Source: Octopus sinensis (taxonomy: Eukaryota). From it: a DNA stretch of 64,000 bases. The notes beneath the pieces were generated by a model that was given only the letters and a program-made list of their open reading frames with translations, was not told the DNA's origin and searched no databases. Numbering within the stretch: position 1 is the first letter of the stretch; each line of letters starts with the position of its first letter. The stretch lies in contig NC_042998.1 of assembly GCF_006345805.1 (NCBI RefSeq), positions 174,344,001-174,408,000 of the forward strand, given 5' to 3'. The translations under genes and the position numbers were made by a program. Of this stretch, positions 26,091 to 37,801 are shown in pieces.

Positions 26091-26249
26091 TCTGTGGGTG
26101 AAATAAGGATACCAGAATAAAAGAGGAAAAGTTGATTCGAGAGAAAACTTAACTCATATCTTTATATACCTTTTTCCTAATTATAGTAACATAACATACA
26201 TTATAGTAAGATGTGGCGAGGCCGTTGTTCTGTTAATAATGGATCTCCA

Positions 26250-26560
26250 ATCAACAACAGACAAATAGCCTCCACCCCCGCTACAGCGTTGCGGTTAGTC
26301 AGATAGTTATGTAGAGATGCATCCACCAACGAGGTTATTATGACAGACTATCTCAGAATTTTATCTGAAAATTTCACCAAATCAGTTACTTAATGCTCCA
26401 TTAATAGTGGAAAAAATCTGGCCTTTCAACGGGATAATGAGGCTTCCTAAACTGCCAAAATCGAAAAGAGTTTAATGTTGTAGAATAACTAGCAAACAGT
26501 TCGACGCGTTTACAACTAAGAATTTATGGCAGCTACTCAATGAATTTGTATGATCAAAGA
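26250..26560 (+). pseudogene. Tc1 catalytic-domain remnant
   Basis: FQRDNEAS*TAK and NLWQLL echoes of QQDN..KHTAK and NPIENLW. Confidence 0.35.
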
Positions 26561-26815
26561 ATAACATTACTTTGGATGAATTGTAAAACATTTATTAGAA
26601 AATATGAATGCTTATGATGTTCAACCAATTTTACACAACGTTCTATCAATTTTACAGTTGGTAGATTTGTCCGCTTGAGAGTTAAATGCTTTAGACAGTT
26701 TGGTGTGTCAGTTACAGAAAAAGAACCACTATTTTCACTCTCTACTTCTCCACTATCACTCACACACGTGCATGTATACATATATGTATATATGTATATA
26801 ATATAATATAATATA

Positions 26816-26925
<110 letters not shown>

Positions 26926-27369
26926 CATATATATATGTATATATATACATACATACATATGGATATATATATACATATATACATACATATGAATATATAT
27001 ATATACATATATATCAATATATATATACACACATACATACATACATACACACATACATACATACATACATACATACATACATACATACATGCATACATAT
27101 ATACATATGAATATATACATATATGTAAACATATATATATGCATTCAAACACACACATATGTATGTATATATCTATCTATCTATATATGTGGGAGGCATG
27201 AAGAGATTAGTAAAGTGGACAGATATCGTGATGCAACTCTTGTCTATACACACACGCACAAAATCACACACACACACAAACACGCACAAGCACACACAAA
27301 CACATACACATACACACACATGCACACACACATACGTACATAGATATATATAGATACCGATGTATCAGA

Positions 27370-28460
27370 TCACACCTCGAAGACTATTCATTTACAATCC
27401 AAGAGCAGGAGATTGCCACAAGGAACTTAATAAACAATAGGGGACAGTGACGTCCTCAGAGCCCCTAGAAACAACCGAAAATGTCGATTATGTCATATTT
27501 CTGTAGAAGACCTCACACATATAACCATCAGCTGCCCAAAAATATCATTAAGATATTTCCTGCCAATGCGACACAGTGCAGTTAAAATATATAATGCCAT
27601 CCGAAGAGAGACTGTCCTGTCATACATACAGACCGTACATACATACATATATAAATATCAAGTGGAACATTCCCATCCAATTTTCAGCCAGGTACAAACC
27701 TAACAGTCTTGATACCTGTTCCTTCTCGAGCCATGCCTAGCTCATAAGGGCCGGTTTCCCGGTTTCCTTGACGTATAGGTACCCCACCTGGATGGGACGC
27801 CAGTCCGTTGCAGGTGAGCTACAAGATGCAAGAGGAAAGAGCGAGACAAAGTTGTGGCGAAAGAGTCAGCAGAAATTCGACATTACCTTCTGGAGCTTAG
27901 GTATTTCGTTCATAACCACACACATCGCCCGGTCTGAGATTCGAACCCGCTATCCCTCGACCGCGAGTCCGCTGCTCTAACCAGTAGGCCATGTGCCTCC
28001 ACTACAGTCTGGATACAACTGTTTGAGACGTACGAGAAAAGGTATGTGTACTCTCATAGGGGTCAGCTACTTTATGATGTGAATTTTTCTTCAAAAGACA
28101 AGGAAAAAGAGGATAACTAAGAACAGTTGTTTCAAAACCTGCAGCTTATATACCAATGTTACAAACCTACGTTATACCAATAATAGTTGTCATACTCGAT
28201 TTTGTGAGTGAATGCCTAATTGACCATCTGGAAAGTTAAGGTTTTCAGGAAAAGAAATTAACCAGCTAACATGGATATGAATTACAAACGCAATCTATAA
28301 GTGGAACAGTAGAAATATGCAAGGCTTTTCTCAAGTTCAACACGTGACATTGTTTTTGCTATATACATTCCAACGCTGGAGCGCTGTATATTTGATAGAT
28401 ATCAGCTCCTTCCTTCCAGGAGGACTTCAAATAATTAAAAATAAAAGAGAACATACACAC
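27370..28460 (+). mobile_element. RLE-type non-LTR retrotransposon fragment split by a SINE
   Basis: FTIQEQEIATRNL; EDLTHITISCPKISLRYFLPMRH; 3' end gtggaacagtagaaatatgcaaggcttttctcaagtt...aaagagaacatacacac as at 45100-45260. Confidence 0.75.
27716..28003 (-). mobile_element. tRNA-derived SINE (H1 + B1 + tail T2) with 13-bp target-site duplication
   Basis: Minus head ggcctactggttagagcagcggactcgcggtcg...gggttcgaatctc; tail ggactggcgtcccatccaggtgggg; duplication acagtct(t/g)gatac at 27703-27715 and 28004-28016. Confidence 0.85.
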
Positions 28461-29254
28461 ACATGTATATATGCATGTGATATATATATGCATGTGATAT
28501 ATATATATGCGTGTGCTTGTATGTCTATTTGTGCATACGCGTGCGTGTTTGTGTGCAGTGCGTATGCGCGAGCGTGCATATGTGTGCATGCATGTGTATG
28601 TATGTTTCCATGTAACACGTATACTGAAAAATAAAAAAAAATAAAACAAAGTGCTTAGACAGGTAGAATTTTATAGATAAACTATTTTGTCGTCTCTCGT
28701 TTTTTGTACCTTCTGTCATAAACTACAATATTAACACGCTGCACCCCAGCAACACAATTCTCCCCTTTCCTACCTGCTGAATCCTATAAGATCCTTCTAA
28801 CTTTCTCTCAACCTTTAAACATTATAACTCACTCTAATGTAGCCAGCTTCTCTTTTCACATTGTCATTTTACTCATCACTTTAACACTGTACAGCTATTT
28901 ATACAAAATATCTTTTATCTTCCTATTTTTGATGTTGCTGTTTTATCTTCATTTTTTATCTTACAATATCTTATATTTTTCAATATGTCATACTACCGTT
29001 TTCTTCACTACTATCATCTCGTTCTTAATGCGTTTTTTTTTCCTCATTATCGTTTTCTTCACTTGTATCATCTTATTTATTAATATTTTCTTTTCCTTAT
29101 CGTTTTTTTTATCATAGTTTCTTTTACCATCTTACCTTCTCATATTGGCGTCTAAATTTTTATACCACATTCAACGTAGCCATAATTATTAGTACTAATG
29201 TTACTACTTCCTTTGCACTATTCCTCCAGCTACGCCATCTCTGTATTTATAATG

Positions 29255-29362
29255 TATTCGAAACGTAAAAGACTTTTTCTATTCCTGAGCGTTATACTAA
29301 TACATTTGTTTGTTTTGTACACCACCTGTCTTCGTCTTTTGTTTTTTTCGTAAACTCTCCCT
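29255..29362 (+). repeat. Fragment of the CUGU-hammerhead element family, truncated at the GAAAC half
   Basis: cgaaacgtaaaagactttttctattcctgagcgttatactaatac...taaactctccc nearly matches the reverse complement of 45497-45600. Confidence 0.8.
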
Positions 29363-29692
29363 ATATATATATATATATTATATATATATATATATATGAT
29401 ATATATATGATATACATATATTAAAAGGTTTGGAGATGATGTACAGGTATTATATATTAGAAGAAATGAGGTACTCAAAAATCTGGATGGTTTTATATTT
29501 ACAGATAATTCGTAGTATGTTACATGTTTTTATAAACCATATATCATATATTAGCGCTTTCGTCCTCTCTAGTGGAGTTGTCAAATTGAACTTTTGCAGG
29601 AATATTGTCTCTTTTTATAGTATTATTGAGTATGTAGGTGTGGGGAGAGATATAAGATATATATATATATATATATCTTTCTCTCTTTTCTC

Positions 29693-29889
29693 TCTTTTAC
29701 TTGTTTCAGTCATTTGACTGCGGCCATGCTGGAGCACCGCCTTTAGTCGAGCAAATCGAACCCGGAACTTATTCTTTGTAAGCCCAGTACTTATTCTATC
29801 GCTCTCTTTTGCCGAACCGCTAAGTGACGGGGACATAAACACACCAGTATCGGTTGTCAAGCAATGCTAAGGGAACAAACACAGACACA

Positions 29890-29941
<52 letters not shown>

Positions 29942-30115
29942 CATATATACGACAAGCTTCTTTCAGTTTCCGTCTACCAAATCCACTCACAAGGCATTGG
30001 TCGGCCCAGGGCTATAGCAGAAGACACTTGCCCAAGGTGCCACGCAGTGGGACTGAACCCGGAACCATGTGGTTGTTTAGCAAGCTACTTACCACACAGC
30101 CACTCCTGCGTCTAT
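29693..30115 (-). mobile_element. SINE family A, full length
   Basis: Reverse complement of the 14400/54904 family, including the tail cagtcaaatgactgaaacaagtaaaag. Confidence 0.9.
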
Positions 30116-30283
30116 ATATATATATATATCATGATATAACTGACACTACGTCGCTTACGACGATAAACAAGTGGCTGAGCACCCCCAAAACACTCGTAAC
30201 CTTGACATAGTTCATACTGGACTTATTTACATGCATTTACATATATATATATACATATATATATATTTATATATATATATATT

Positions 30284-30393
30284 GGCCTGCTCGCTTAGCC
30301 AGCGGGATGGCGTCATTCGAAGGCTAAAACAATGCGAACGCATTGTGACCAGCGATGTGTAACAACATCTGATGGTCTGGTCGGTCACGTGAT

Positions 30394-30400
<7 letters not shown>
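30284..30400. repeat. About 116-bp structured element embedded in (TA)n, copy 2
   Basis: Homologous to 17174..17290. Confidence 0.85.
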
Positions 30401-30450
<50 letters not shown>

Positions 30451-30528
30451 TATATTTGTATATTTTACATATACATGTTACTTATTTACATATAATATAT
30501 ATATATATATTATATATATATATATATA

Positions 30529-31208
30529 TACACAAATTAGTAAATAAATGGCACAACAAAGTACCGATATTTACTGGAAATAGCGAACGTAAAAATACGA
30601 CGCTAAAGTGTAGCTTCACCGCGTATTATTAGTAAAATTAGTAAAAATGCGTGTGTGCAACAAAATAGAGAAAAAAAACCGTCTTACCTCCAGGGAGAAC
30701 ATCTGAAAGATGAAACACCCGGAAAATGGATAATGTGGTACCTGCAGGTTTCAGGTTTTGCAAGATATGTCTCTCACCCATATTTGCTTTACCTTCTTCA
30801 GCCAACATATACCAAGACGAAACTACGATGTTACCACATAAATACTAACACACTCGACTGAAATACGGAACGCTAACAGTACGAGAAACGGTGAAGAAGT
30901 TTCAAAATATCAGTAATGCAATACAAAGTATTGCCTTCCAGGTACCACATTATCCATTTTCCGGGTGTTTCATCTTTCACATGTTCTCCCTGGAGGTAAG
31001 ACGGTTTTTTTTCTCTATTTTGTTGCACACACGCATTTTTACTAATACATACGCGGTGAAGCTACACTTTAGCGTCGTATTTTTACGTTCGCTATTTCCA
31101 GTAAATATCGATACTTTGTTGTGCCATTTATTTACTAATTTGTGTATTTTTCCCTCACGGGCTACTTTTTACTGGAAGGCAATACTTTGTATTGCATTAC
31201 TGATATTT
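30529..31208. mobile_element. Fold-back, circularly permuted about 435-bp hammerhead-bearing unit in (TA)n
   Basis: Arms 30529-30744 and 30939-31146 are near-identical inverted repeats; about 31174-31208 is the reverse complement of about 30905-30940. Confidence 0.85.
30733..30808 (-). ncRNA. Type I hammerhead ribozyme with canonical core
   Basis: Minus: ATGTTGG CTGAAGA AGGT...GCAA ATATG...CATAT C TTGC...ACCT GAAAC CTGCAG GTA CCACAT; predicted cleavage between 30739 and 30738. Confidence 0.8.
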
Positions 31209-31227
31209 ATATATTATATATATATAT

Positions 31228-31362
31228 AATATAAGCGGGACCAACCATCTGAATGTGGCTAGGGACAGGGCGGGGTGGTGGGGGTGTTACTGATGCATTT
31301 AGCCCCACCCCACCACCCCGCCCTGTCCTAGCCACGTTCAGATGGCTGGTCCCGCTTATATT
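31228..31362. repeat. 135-bp GC-rich hairpin (MITE-like)
   Basis: Arm aatataagcgggaccaaccatctgaatgtggctagggacagggcggggtggtgggg and its reverse complement, with a loop of about 18-23 nt. Confidence 0.9.
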
Positions 31363-31434
31363 ACAGAGCAGTTACTGTTTATACCTCGCTTAGAGATTTA
31401 TTATTGTTATATATATATATATATATATATATTA

Positions 31435-31650
31435 TCTTTTACTTGTTTCGGTCATTAGACTGCGGCCATGCTTGGACACTGCCTGAAAGGATTTTAAGTC
31501 GAATAAGTTGACCCCAGGAATTTTACAAGCCTGATACTTAATCGATCGATCTCATTTGTAGAACCACTAAGTTACCGGGACGGTAACACACCAACACAGG
31601 TTGTCAAGCGGTGGTGAGGGACAATCAGACACAAAGACACAAAGACACAC
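31435..31650 (-). mobile_element. SINE family A 3' tail
   Basis: cttttacttgtttcggtcattagactgcggccatgc matches the family A tail. Confidence 0.7.
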
Positions 31651-31756
31651 TCACTCACACGCACACACATACAGGCATATATATATGTATATATATATAT
31701 GTGTGTGTGTGTATATATATATTATAACTGTATGTGTGTGTATGTGTGTGTGTGTT

Positions 31757-31860
31757 GAGGCACAATGGCCCAGTGGTTAGAGCAGCGGACTCGCGATCAT
31801 AGGATTGCGGTTTCGATTCCCACACCGGGCATTGTGAGTGTTTATTGAGCGAAAACACCT
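31757..31860 (+). mobile_element. SINE tRNA-like head (H1), truncated
   Basis: ggcccagtggttagagcagcggactcgcg...gtttcgattccc...ttgagcgaaaacacct. Confidence 0.85.
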
Positions 31861-31866
31861 ATATAT

Positions 31867-31930
<64 letters not shown>

Positions 31931-32163
31931 TGAAAGAATGGAGTTGAACGACTAATGTTGAGAATAAAGGAATTTTGTTAAATTCGTCGTTCAACTCCAT
32001 TCTTTCATTTATTTGTATTAAAAAAACACACAAATTTCCACACGAAAGCACGTGATCTCTGCCCTTGGCATGTAGCTTCAACCGTGTTTTTCTGACGTGA
32101 ATTTGCTACCGAGTTATCGGTTAACCGAATTATCCATACTAAGATAATTCATTCAACTACTTA

Positions 32164-32203
<40 letters not shown>

Positions 32204-32239
32204 ATATATATGTATGTATGTGTGTATATACATCACATA

Positions 32240-32283
<44 letters not shown>

Positions 32284-32300
32284 ATATATATGTGTGTATA

Positions 32301-32342
<42 letters not shown>

Positions 32343-33091
32343 ATATACATCACATATATATGTGTATATATATATATATATATTATATATATATATCACA
32401 TATATATATGTGTGTATATACATATATATATATATCACATATATATATTCCAACGTATGTATTGAAACCGCACATAGTTGAATATATTCACACACACATG
32501 CAGTCACGCACAAATAGGTATATATATATATGTATGTATATATAGATAAATTACATATGTACAAATATATGTGTATACACACGCATACGCACGAGATCAC
32601 ACACACACATACACAAGTGAGCATAGGCAGATACATAATTTATGGATCGACGTTCGTGTATTCCAATGCGTGAAATAATCTTCTATAAGATCCTATAAAC
32701 TGGCGCCAACAGCAGATTATAGATTTACTAAAGCTAAATCTGCTGACTTGACGAAGTTGTCCAACAGATATTCAAGCGTAATACAACCTCAGAATAAAAT
32801 CTGTTCACCTCTCTCCCTCTTTCTCTCCCACTCTATCTCTCTCTCCCTCCCTCCCTCCTTCCATGTTGCTTGGCAGGTTCTATAAAAATTAAGTTTATGA
32901 AGTTTCTACTGTGAATGACTTTGAAAGAAGCATGACTATCATAATATCATAGAAACTTACTTCCACCCACCCCCCTCTTTGGATTTGAAGCACATATATA
33001 TAAGCGAGCGTTTGTGTTCGTGCGTGTGTGTGTGCGCGCGCATGTGTGTGTACGTATAATGTATATTTATACGTATATGTATATATGTACG

Positions 33092-33154
<63 letters not shown>

Positions 33155-33470
33155 ATATATACATATATATATATTATATATATATATTTCAACAATTGAG
33201 GGTAAAATTAATTAATTATAATCAATTTCACCAAGTGTTCAGTATGCAAAGGGACCATTTAAGGCGAATTCAATTATTACATTATATAAAAGGGCTTAGT
33301 AAAATAAATTACTTTGCCACATACTGAACTCATTAGAAACAGCAGCCAAAAAAACTTTTTTAAAACTATTTCTAATACTTAAAGAAATCTCTCTCATATA
33401 TAGCGTTTGCTGAATTCAACTCACGAAAGTATGGGGTAAAGACATTAAAGAATCAAATGCAAAGGTTATT

Positions 33471-33522
33471 TGAGAACGTACGTTTCTAGATTAGTCAAAA
33501 CGACACTTCTTTCGTCAGCTCA
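33471..33522 (-). ncRNA. Hammerhead motif of the array unit (inverted copy)
   Basis: Reverse complement of TGAG CTGACGA...GAAAC GTAC GTT CTCA. Confidence 0.6.
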
Positions 33523-33989
33523 GAACTCCTTGGTTCGGATTTGGAAACACTGAAAGTGGGAGCATACCCTTTCAGCTTCTTATCGCTTCTGAAGATCCGC
33601 TCGAACTATCAGTGTCAGCAAATTCGAAAAGTGCAAGCGAAGAATTTCTGCTATCCCCTTTCCACCAGCGTGGGTTAAAATCAGTAAACACTATGTTTTA
33701 TCGGTAAAAAAATCCGAAGTATTAAATAGAGAGAGATGAATTATAATTTCAACAATTGAGGGTAAAATTAATTAATTATTAATCAATTTCACCAAGTGTT
33801 CAGTATGCAAAGGGACCATTTAAGGCGAATTCAAATTATTACATTATATAAAAGGGCTTAGTAAAATAAATTACTTTGCCACATACTGAACTCATTAGAA
33901 ACAGCAGCCAAAAAAAACTTCAGAAGCGATAAGAAGCTGAAAGGGTATGCTCCCACTTTCAGTCTTTCCAAATCCGAACCAAGGAGTTC

Positions 33990-34041
33990 TGAGCTGACGA
34001 AAGAAGTGTCGTTTTGACTAATCTAGAAACGTACGTTCTCA
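33990..34041 (+). ncRNA. Type I hammerhead motif of the array unit
   Basis: TGAG CTGACGA AAGAAGTGTCGTTTTGACTAATCTA GAAAC GTAC GTT CTCA; stem I can extend to CAAGG-A-GTT/AACCTTTG; stem II closes with an A.A mismatch. Confidence 0.65.
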
Positions 34042-34553
34042 AATAACCTTTGCATTTGATTCTTTAATGTCTTTACCCCCATACTTTCGTGAGTTGAATT
34101 CAGCAAACGCTATATATGAGAGAGATTTTCTTTAAGTATTAGAAATAGTTTTAAAAAAGTTTTTTTTGGCTGCTGTTTCTAATGAGTTCAGTATGTGGCA
34201 AAGTAATTTATTTTACTAAGCCCTTTTATATAATGTAATAATTTGAATTCGCCTTAAATGGTCCCTTTGCATACTGAACACTTGGTGAAATTGATTAATA
34301 ATTATTAATTTTACCCTCAATTGTTGAAATTATAATTCATCTCTCTCTATTTAATACTTCGGATTTTTTTGCCGATAAAACATAGTGTTTACTGATTTTA
34401 ACCCCCGCTGGTGGAAAGGGGATAGCAGAAATTCTTCGCTTGCACTTTTCGAATTTGCTGACACTGATAGTTCGAGCGGATCTTCAGAAGCGATAAGAAG
34501 CTGAAAGGGTATGCTCCCACTTTCAGTGTTTCCAAATCCGAACCAAGGAGTTC

Positions 34554-34605
34554 TGAGCTGACGAAAGAAGTGTCGTTTTGACTAATCTAGAAACGTACGT
34601 TCTCA
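34554..34605 (+). ncRNA. Type I hammerhead motif of the array unit
   Basis: Identical core to 33990..34041. Confidence 0.65.
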
Positions 34606-35116
34606 ATAACCTTTGCATTTGATTCTTTAATGTCTTTACCCCCATACTTTCGTGAGTGAATTCAGCAAACGCTATATATGAGAGAGATTTTCTTTAAGTA
34701 TTAGAAATAGTTTAAAAAAAGTTTTTTTTGGCTGCTGTTTCTAATGAGTTCAGTATGTGGCAAAGTAATTTATTTTACTAAGCCCTTTTATATAATGTAA
34801 TAATTTGAATTCGCCTTAAATGGTCCCTTTGCATACTGAACACTTGGTGAAATTGATTAATAATTAATTAATTTTACCCTCAATTGTTGAAATTATAATT
34901 CATCTCTCTCTATTTAATACTTCGGATTTTTTTACCGATAAAACATAGTGTTTACTGATTTTAACCCACGCTGGTGGAAAGGGGATAGCAGAAATTCTTC
35001 GCTTGCACTTTTCGAATTTGCTGACACTGATAGTTCGAGCGGATCTTCAGAAGCGATAAGAAGCTGAAAGGGTATGCTCCCACTTTCAGTCTTTCCAAAT
35101 CCGAACCAAGGAGTTC

Positions 35117-35168
35117 TGAGCTGACGAAAGAAGTGTCGTTTTGACTAATCTAGAAACGTACGTTCTCA
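35117..35168 (+). ncRNA. Type I hammerhead motif of the array unit
   Basis: Identical core to 33990..34041. Confidence 0.65.
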
Positions 35169-35374
35169 AATAACCTTTGCATTTGATTCTTTAATGTCTT
35201 TACCCCCATACTTTCGTGAGTTGAATTGAGCAAACGCTATATATGAGAGAGATTTTCTTTAAGTATTAGAAATAGTTTTAAAAAAGTTTTTTTTGGCTGC
35301 TGTTTCTAATGAGTTCAGTATGTGGCAAAGTAATTTATTTTACTAAGCCCTTTTATATAATGTATATCTATATA

Positions 35375-35446
<72 letters not shown>

Positions 35447-35499
35447 CAATATACATATATATACATATATATATATATTATATATATACTATTATATAT

Positions 35500-35563
<64 letters not shown>

Positions 35564-35819
35564 CATATATACATATATATATATATACATAAATTTATAA
35601 ATGAGGGTGAAAAATCGATATTATTTAATAATACCATTAATTTAACACACCATATACATATATATACATATACATATATATAAATACATGTATATATATA
35701 TAGGCTATTCTTGTGAGAAGAATTCTCAAACCGTTTTCATTTTGGACCGATATAATTTACTGCAATAAAACCAAATAATGATGTTTGTGAATATAGGAAC
35801 GTCTGCATTTACAGCTTTT

Positions 35820-35857
<38 letters not shown>

Positions 35858-36480
35858 CTGTGTTGGTATAATTTAAATGTTTGAGTGTATATGTGTGTAT
35901 GTATGTATGTATGTATGTATGTATGTATGTATGTATGTATGTATGTATGTATGTACGTATGTATGTATGTATGTACGTTATTGTCACAAGTCTAAAAGCC
36001 GTGTTTTATATCGAGTATAGATGGTAATCTATTTTCAAATGTTGTTACGGAAAGACAAAATCTGAAATGATTTCGGAACAGTTTATCTTCCAAACAATTT
36101 ACAGGGAAATATCTAAATCTGTAGTCGCTGAATTGTTGCCATCACTACTGTCATGTGTGAGCATTATGTGGGAATGTGTTGAAGGTGGGGGTTATACATT
36201 TTTTTGTGTGTACACACATGTATGTAAGTATGTGTATGTGTGTGTGTGTATGCGTGTGTGTGTGTGTATCGATTGAGCAGCTTAACTTTTCCAAAGTGTT
36301 TATTTTTTAAAAGACTATAACATTTAATTGACGTGCTGTTTGTTTACTTTTTATTCAGTAATCATATAATTTAAGAGTGAAAACAAAGCGGAAGGAATCG
36401 ATTGTTTATTGTTTATGTTTCACTATTTTGACACGTTTTAAAATTCACGTTCTTTTCCAATACACATAATATTTTCTCAT

Positions 36481-36511
36481 TTTTTTTTCTTTTTTGTTTC
36501 TTCTATTACAG
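36481..36511 (+). other. Splice acceptor upstream of the GPCR coding exon
   Basis: Polypyrimidine tract ttttttttcttttttgtttcttctattacAG ending at 36511, 84 nt before the ATG; in-frame TAA at 36557-36559 supports 36596 as the start. Confidence 0.7.
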
Positions 36512-36595
36512 ACCGGCTTCGCTTTGTTTTCACAAGTACTTCACAAACAGAAAGCATAAGAACTGTACGCAAAATTTACCACCTGCGCACTGAAG

Positions 36596-37762
36596 ATGGA
36601 GAATGTTTATATGAGCAAAATGGATTTCAATATTTCTAAGACAAATGATTATTCCTTCACCAGAAAAGTTCCAAAGCTATCAGAAAATATTGAGTCTGAA
36701 TGGTCTTCTTTGGAGTTGGTAGATATGTTAGATGCTTACTATAAACCCACATTTTCATCCCTCGGTTTGTTGCTCAATTCGATTTCGGTAACAGTTTTTC
36801 TCAACACAGAACTCAATAAGTTGTCCGTAAGTCACTATCTTATTGCTATAGGGATTATGGATAACTTTTACCTTTTTACCGTAATCATACCATGGCTTTC
36901 CAAATATGGCATCGGCTTCTTTACGACTATGGGGATTTGTCAGCTTGTTTTGTACCTTTCCCATTATTCTAGATTCCTCTCTTGCTGGTATATGACTCTG
37001 ATGATTATGCAGAGGTCTTCGAAAATGTATTCGCAAGGTTTGAAACGGCGTTTTGAAAGTGTTTTACAAGCTAAGTTCATTATTTTAATGATAGCAATAT
37101 TTGCTGGTGTTGGTTTCCTCTATGTCACCTGGACACACGGTGTCGTGGATAATCCGCTTCGATGTACAATTTTACCAGAAAATGAAGCACAAATACAACT
37201 CTTGAAGAAAATTGAACTCTTTTTTTCTTTCATCTTTCCATGGATAGTTTCTTGTGTCTTCCTTTTAATTCATCTGTTGAAGAATTGCATGTGCTACAAG
37301 TGGTGCTTTGCTGATATGATACAAACAAAGATTGAAGCACAGGGTAATGCAATGCTGGCCAACTTTATAGGTGGTTCTGTTAAAACAAAATGGAGTGTCC
37401 GCACTTTTGATCATGTTGAGACACCTTCTCCCACTGTAATGGATACTGCCATGAATATTTCCTGTATTTTTGTTGCTACATTTTACCTCTTATCCAGTTT
37501 ACCATACATGATTATCAAGATAAGAATATCTTATATGAGTGAAGCTTATAAGTCACTCCTGCCACTTTACAAGAGTCTCTACTTATTAAACTTTGTTGTC
37601 AAATTTTTTGTTTACTTGTCCATTCCTGAATTTAGGAAAGCAATAACTCGAGCGTTCGGTGGGTTACATGGAAACAAATCTGAAAAGGAAATGACTCAAC
37701 GATCGGTATTCTTTCCTCGAGTCAGCAATAAAACCCGAATATTAGATACAACTGACCTATAG
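36596..37762 (+). CDS. Class A (rhodopsin-like) 7TM GPCR, FMRFamide/peptide-receptor-like orphan, 388 aa, single coding exon
   Basis: Seven hydrophobic segments; TM1 LGLLLN, TM2 LIAIGIMD, Cys at the top of TM3 (GICQ) and in ECL2 (LRC), TM5 FIFPW, TM6 FYLLSSLPY, TM7 LNFVVKFFVY; DRY position reads QRS. Confidence 0.9.
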   Translation: MENVYMSKMDFNISKTNDYSFTRKVPKLSENIESEWSSLELVDMLDAYYKPTFSSLGLLLNSISVTVFLNTELNKLSVSHYLIAIGIMDNFYLFTVIIPWLSKYGIGFFTTMGICQLVLYLSHYSRFLSCWYMTLMIMQRSSKMYSQGLKRRFESVLQAKFIILMIAIFAGVGFLYVTWTHGVVDNPLRCTILPENEAQIQLLKKIELFFSFIFPWIVSCVFLLIHLLKNCMCYKWCFADMIQTKIEAQGNAMLANFIGGSVKTKWSVRTFDHVETPSPTVMDTAMNISCIFVATFYLLSSLPYMIIKIRISYMSEAYKSLLPLYKSLYLLNFVVKFFVYLSIPEFRKAITRAFGGLHGNKSEKEMTQRSVFFPRVSNKTRILDTTDL

Positions 37763-37795
37763 AGGTATTAACTATTTCCTATAATTTCAAGGTCA

Positions 37796-37801
37796 AATAA
37801 A
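37796..37801 (+). promoter_or_regulatory. Candidate polyadenylation signal
   Basis: AATAAA 34 nt after the stop codon; common by chance in AT-rich DNA. Confidence 0.3.

Larger units (their letters stand above)
33186..35362. repeat. Tandem array of a 560-564-bp unit with an internal inversion at about 33919, flanked by (TA)n
   Basis: caacaattgag recurs at 33190 and 33750; cagaagcgat recurs at 33921, 34485 and 35048; the right part is the reverse complement of the left part; about 3.9 units. Confidence 0.95.

Noticed and set aside
33590-33612. Second hammerhead-like CTGAAGA...GAAC on the opposite strand of the array unit
   Set aside because: No stem II pairing, A15.1 is missing and there is no cleavage triplet
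33186-35362. CRISPR-like array
   Set aside because: Units are 560-564-bp full repeats with no unique spacers, in eukaryotic DNA with no cas genes
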